Shown here: piece by piece, positions 60,585 to 64,000 of the stretch
Position numbering within the stretch: position 1 is the stretch's first letter
Layout of the letters: every line of letters starts with the position of its first letter
Source: a virus
Direction: 5' to 3' (one strand)
Virus record (IMG/VR): IMGVR_UViG_3300045988_153472
DNA: 64,000 nt
Made by a program: the position numbers and the translations under genes
The notes under the pieces: generated by a model
What the model was told of the DNA's origin: nothing
Database searches by the model: none
Seen by the model: the letters and a program-made list of their open reading frames with translations, nothing else

Positions 60585-62150
60585 TTTTCACCTCCACTGT
60601 TTCTTTCTTTTACTCTGCATCTTCCAGCCTGACACTTTTGATCCTCTTACATGATCCCATGAATCTGTTTTTCTTTTTGGCTTTATAGGTTTGAGAGTAA
60701 TACCATATTCATATTTAATCTCTTTTATTTCTTCTGGTGTAATACTTTTACGCTGATCCGGCTCTGTTGAAGCCCGATGAATATTCCATCCATGATGTTT
60801 ATGATATGTACGATAATATTTCTTCTTATATTTCTTAGTAAGCTGATGAAAATCCCGTACATTACCATGATCGTCTATAATCAAATATCTGTGATATTCG
60901 TGAGTGCAAATCATAAAATCCCAATTATTATCTATTTTTAAATATTCATCATCAAAATAGTTAAATGAATGGTAAAAATTAATACTTCTCATACTGTATG
61001 GGAACTTTAGCTTAAAGTATGTATACAGTTCTTTAGTCCCTTCTACACATCCTACATATTCCCATGGGAGCCATTTGTATACGATCCATTTAAAATGACC
61101 TTCTGCGCATTTTGTACGCTGCATATAAATACGGTATTCTCTCATATCTACTCTCCTATTAACCTCTCTCAAGAAGAGAGAGGTTTCCTTTTATATAGCG
61201 CAAAGAAATCTATGAGTATCTTTTTCATACTTATATATTTTCCTTGTGAGGAAATCTTCTTTAGGTGTCGCTTCTTCCAACGTATCCTGTAAGATTATTG
61301 ATAAGTCTACCGCATCAACAGCGTCTGCTTTATGTACCATTACCTCATGTACACTGGTAAACACTAAATACAAATCTGAATCCAGTACACCAGCAAAGCG
61401 TTCAGCCACACCGGGATAAAATATAGCTACCGCACCGTTTGTTTTCTTTGCTGTAGTTAGACAATTTCCAATAAGATCTTGGCTAATTGCTTCTTCTGTA
61501 CCAGGACTCATAAACTCTTCTCCTTCATATTCCGGATTAAAGAGCATCTGATCCCATCTGTAAATTCTCGGTGGATACATACGTTCTGTGTTTCTTAATG
61601 CTTCTTCCAGAATATTGCCTTCACTTAAGGCCAAACCATCTTCTTTCCATTTCTCTACTACAGATTTAAAAATCTTAGTGCTCATAATGTTTCCATCACA
61701 TTCAGACACCTTCATATATAATACCTGAGCAATATCACCTATTCTTTTATAAACAGCATTACTCAATTCTTTAGAATTATCATCATAATTAAGCAGCCTT
61801 ATAAAAAGAGAATCTTTAACAGTTTCATAGTTCCAAATTTTCTTTGTTTTTTCATAAGAATTTTGTCCTTGCAACTGTCTAATGTCTCTTACAGTACTAT
61901 CAAGAATGGTGTCAAACGATGTTCCATTTAAGAATTCTCTAAAAAGCTCTTTTGTATGTATTCCACAGATCTCATAGGCATCATCATGCTCTGCAAACTT
62001 CACCAGCAGTCTGTCTCCTGTCGGAGAAAATCTATCTCCATCTTTTGAAAATTCTATATTCTCAATAGGAATGTTGATAGCTGCACTTATTTTATTTTTA
62101 AGTTCTTCCACAAACATTTCATAGTTCATCATAACTAATCCCTCTCTTTC

Positions 62151-62918
62151 TTAACCCATATGGTTACATGAATACTCTGATATTTCTTCTAATCTTTCAA
62201 CTACATAGTCAGGCAAATATCCACATTCTGAACATATACAAATTTTACCAAGAACATATAGGCATACCTTATCTTCTGGGATACCCTTTCTTTTGAATGA
62301 TTCAGCCATAGGTTCGCACTCCTCGCTTCTATCTTTTTTACAATAGTATTGCGCAGAACATCTGTCACATCCATAAACAGCACCTTCAAAATTAGGAAAA
62401 TACCAATCTAATATATCTGACTCAATTCCGTTGCCATTGTCTCCTGAGCATTCTATCATTTGTGTACTGAAATCAAGAGGGACATACGGATCATTGCAGG
62501 AAAAGTCTCTTATATAAAAAGGCGCATGAACTCCGATTTCCATTTTAGAAATCCAAAAATTGACATAGTCTTTGTATGTATCACAGTTGATCCAATCAAT
62601 TACTCCCGGTAATTCTTCATAATGGTCAAGGCCAAACATCAATCTCAACTGAGTGTCAGCAATTTTTGTACAGTCCCACGATTTCTTTGAGTGTAAATAT
62701 TTACCTCTTTTTTCAGTAACAACTTCAAACACATCAGGATAATATTCTTCTACATAGCTATACATTTCAGAACAAGATTTATAATATTGTTTATAAAATT
62801 CTTTTATTTCTTGATATGCCGAATCAATAGTTACTGTGTTGTCGTTTGCTTTGCCAATAATAAAACTTGAAGAACTACTATTAGTTACAAATCCGTTACG
62901 AATCTTCAATGGTATCAC
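62151..62918 (-). CDS. Leader-family paralog P3 (Cys-rich C-terminal domain)
   Basis: Probable TTG start preceded by a GAAGGGG RBS, giving MKIRNGFVTNSSSSSFII. The C-terminal part carries many Cys residues (CDRCSAQYYC ... CICSECGY ... SCNHMG). Confidence 0.55.
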   Translation of the reverse strand: MIPLKIRNGFVTNSSSSSFIIGKANDNTVTIDSAYQEIKEFYKQYYKSCSEMYSYVEEYYPDVFEVVTEKRGKYLHSKKSWDCTKIADTQLRLMFGLDHYEELPGVIDWINCDTYKDYVNFWISKMEIGVHAPFYIRDFSCNDPYVPLDFSTQMIECSGDNGNGIESDILDWYFPNFEGAVYGCDRCSAQYYCKKDRSEECEPMAESFKRKGIPEDKVCLYVLGKICICSECGYLPDYVVERLEEISEYSCNHMG

Positions 62919-63467
62919 CCCTTCCTATATCATATGCTCTTTTACAATACTTCCAATCATTACACAACGATCCATCCATTTTCTTATAGCAACCTTTACA
63001 CAAGTATTCTCTGCTTTCTATGATTTTATTAAACTGCTCATAGTTTGCGTAGAATTCTTTCCGGTAGGTTCCATCTTCATCTTCAATAGTGCCTATATAG
63101 CCACCATCTGCTTCATCAAGAATGTCCGAATTAAAATATGGATACAGAAAGTCATAAATATCTTGCCCTAAGTCATCACCTAGGTACATGTATCCTTTCA
63201 TACAGAAGCTGGCAGTCAAGAACCACACTCCTTCTGAAAATTCTAATGTGTAAGTCGGATATAAAGCTCTATAATGATTCATCCATTTAGACTCTTTTAA
63301 TTCTCTATGCTGTAACAGTGGTTTTATATCTCTATCACAGCTCCGCTCGCTTGCAAGCACTGATAAATCATGTAACAGTTCATCTGGAAGATTTCTTTTC
63401 AATCCGAAAATTAATTTTCCTTCATAGTAATTTCCCATTTCTCCACACCCTTTCTAATGCTTGCATT

Positions 63468-63929
63468 TCAATGATGACTAATAGCAGCAAGACAACAATT
63501 CATATCCGGTACAACATGATGTTCAAGGGTTGAATACATAAGACCATCATTGTCTGAATAATTAATCTCTACAAATACAGAGTACCCTTGCATATCTTCC
63601 TCTAACTCAGACATCCTATCTGTTATTGCTTTATTAAGCTTTTCCTGGAATTCTTCCGTTTTTCGTATTTCAAGTTTCTTACTATAAGGTACATAGAGAC
63701 TGTCTTCTATCTCCCAAAGAGTCTGATAATAGATTTCTTCTGAATATCCTTCCAAAACATCTTCTCTATCCAACTTTGCAGCTTCCGTTACATCTCTTAA
63801 GATTTCCTCAAAGTATTCTTCTTCAAGATTTTCTTTCTGCAGCTCCTCTTTGATACTTTCTTTACTCTTGAAGCCAAGAATGAAACTACTACTGCTGCTA
63901 TTAGTTACAAATCCTTTTCTAATCTTCAT
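63468..63929 (-). CDS. Leader-family paralog P4 (acidic coiled C-terminal domain)
   Basis: ATG after a GGGAGG RBS gives MKIRKGFVTNSSSSSFIL. The C-terminus is Glu-rich. Confidence 0.55.
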   Translation of the reverse strand: MKIRKGFVTNSSSSSFILGFKSKESIKEELQKENLEEEYFEEILRDVTEAAKLDREDVLEGYSEEIYYQTLWEIEDSLYVPYSKKLEIRKTEEFQEKLNKAITDRMSELEEDMQGYSVFVEINYSDNDGLMYSTLEHHVVPDMNCCLAAISHH

Positions 63930-64000
63930 GATCAATCCTCCCATTCGACATCTTCTCTAGCTACACCAATTAATAATAAAAACTTTTCCATGTCAAAATT

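Overview
This 64 kb window is a visibly AT-rich tailed-phage or prophage region, with almost every gene on the minus strand. Its left edge (about 1-300) is GC-richer and carries a tRNA-Arg(CCG), followed by direct repeats, a tyrosine integrase and a small excisionase-like HTH gene. This looks like a prophage left junction. No structural or capsid genes are present; the window covers the early/replication and accessory arm. 

Replication genes: a DnaE-type Pol III alpha gene interrupted by a group I-type intron carrying a NUMOD4/HNH homing endonuclease; a Cas4/RecB-like nuclease; a CHC2 primase; a DnaB-like helicase; a RecD-like helicase; NAD-dependent ligase LigA; a Sak4/AAA_24-like ATPase; and a putative SSB. 

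Nucleotide metabolism genes: a class II-like ribonucleotide reductase, a dUTPase/dCTP-deaminase-fold protein, a guanylate-kinase-like protein, a nucleoside 2-deoxyribosyltransferase-like protein, and a ThyX-fold protein that appears to lack the catalytic RHR motif. 

Accessory content:
- an RNA-repair set (Rnl5-like RNA ligase next to two calcineurin-like phosphoesterases, and a P-loop polynucleotide kinase fused to an HD domain) beside a cluster of four tRNA genes (Leu-UAG, Met/Ile2-CAU, Gln-UUG and one aberrant His-like tRNA);
- a large NAD+/ADP-ribose island (NadE with an extra C-terminal domain, a macro domain, a HAD phosphatase, a Nampt-like PRTase, a PRPP-synthetase-like enzyme (the last two together NARP1-like), an isochorismatase/nicotinamidase-like protein and a NADAR domain);
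- an apparent operon encoding a nucleotidyltransferase, a P-type Ca2+-ATPase, a vWA protein, TerD and a PspA-like protein, with an SPFH/band-7 protein nearby;
- a four-member paralog family sharing a near-identical 18-residue N-terminal leader (MKIR-x-GFVTNSSSSS-F/Y-I) followed by unrelated, mostly very acidic C-terminal domains;
- a four-gene cassette with a DGQHR/ParB-like protein between an active and a degenerate tyrosine recombinase;
- a GC-richer IS110-family insertion;
- an orphan HicA toxin gene.

Many further small ORFs of unknown function are not listed individually.
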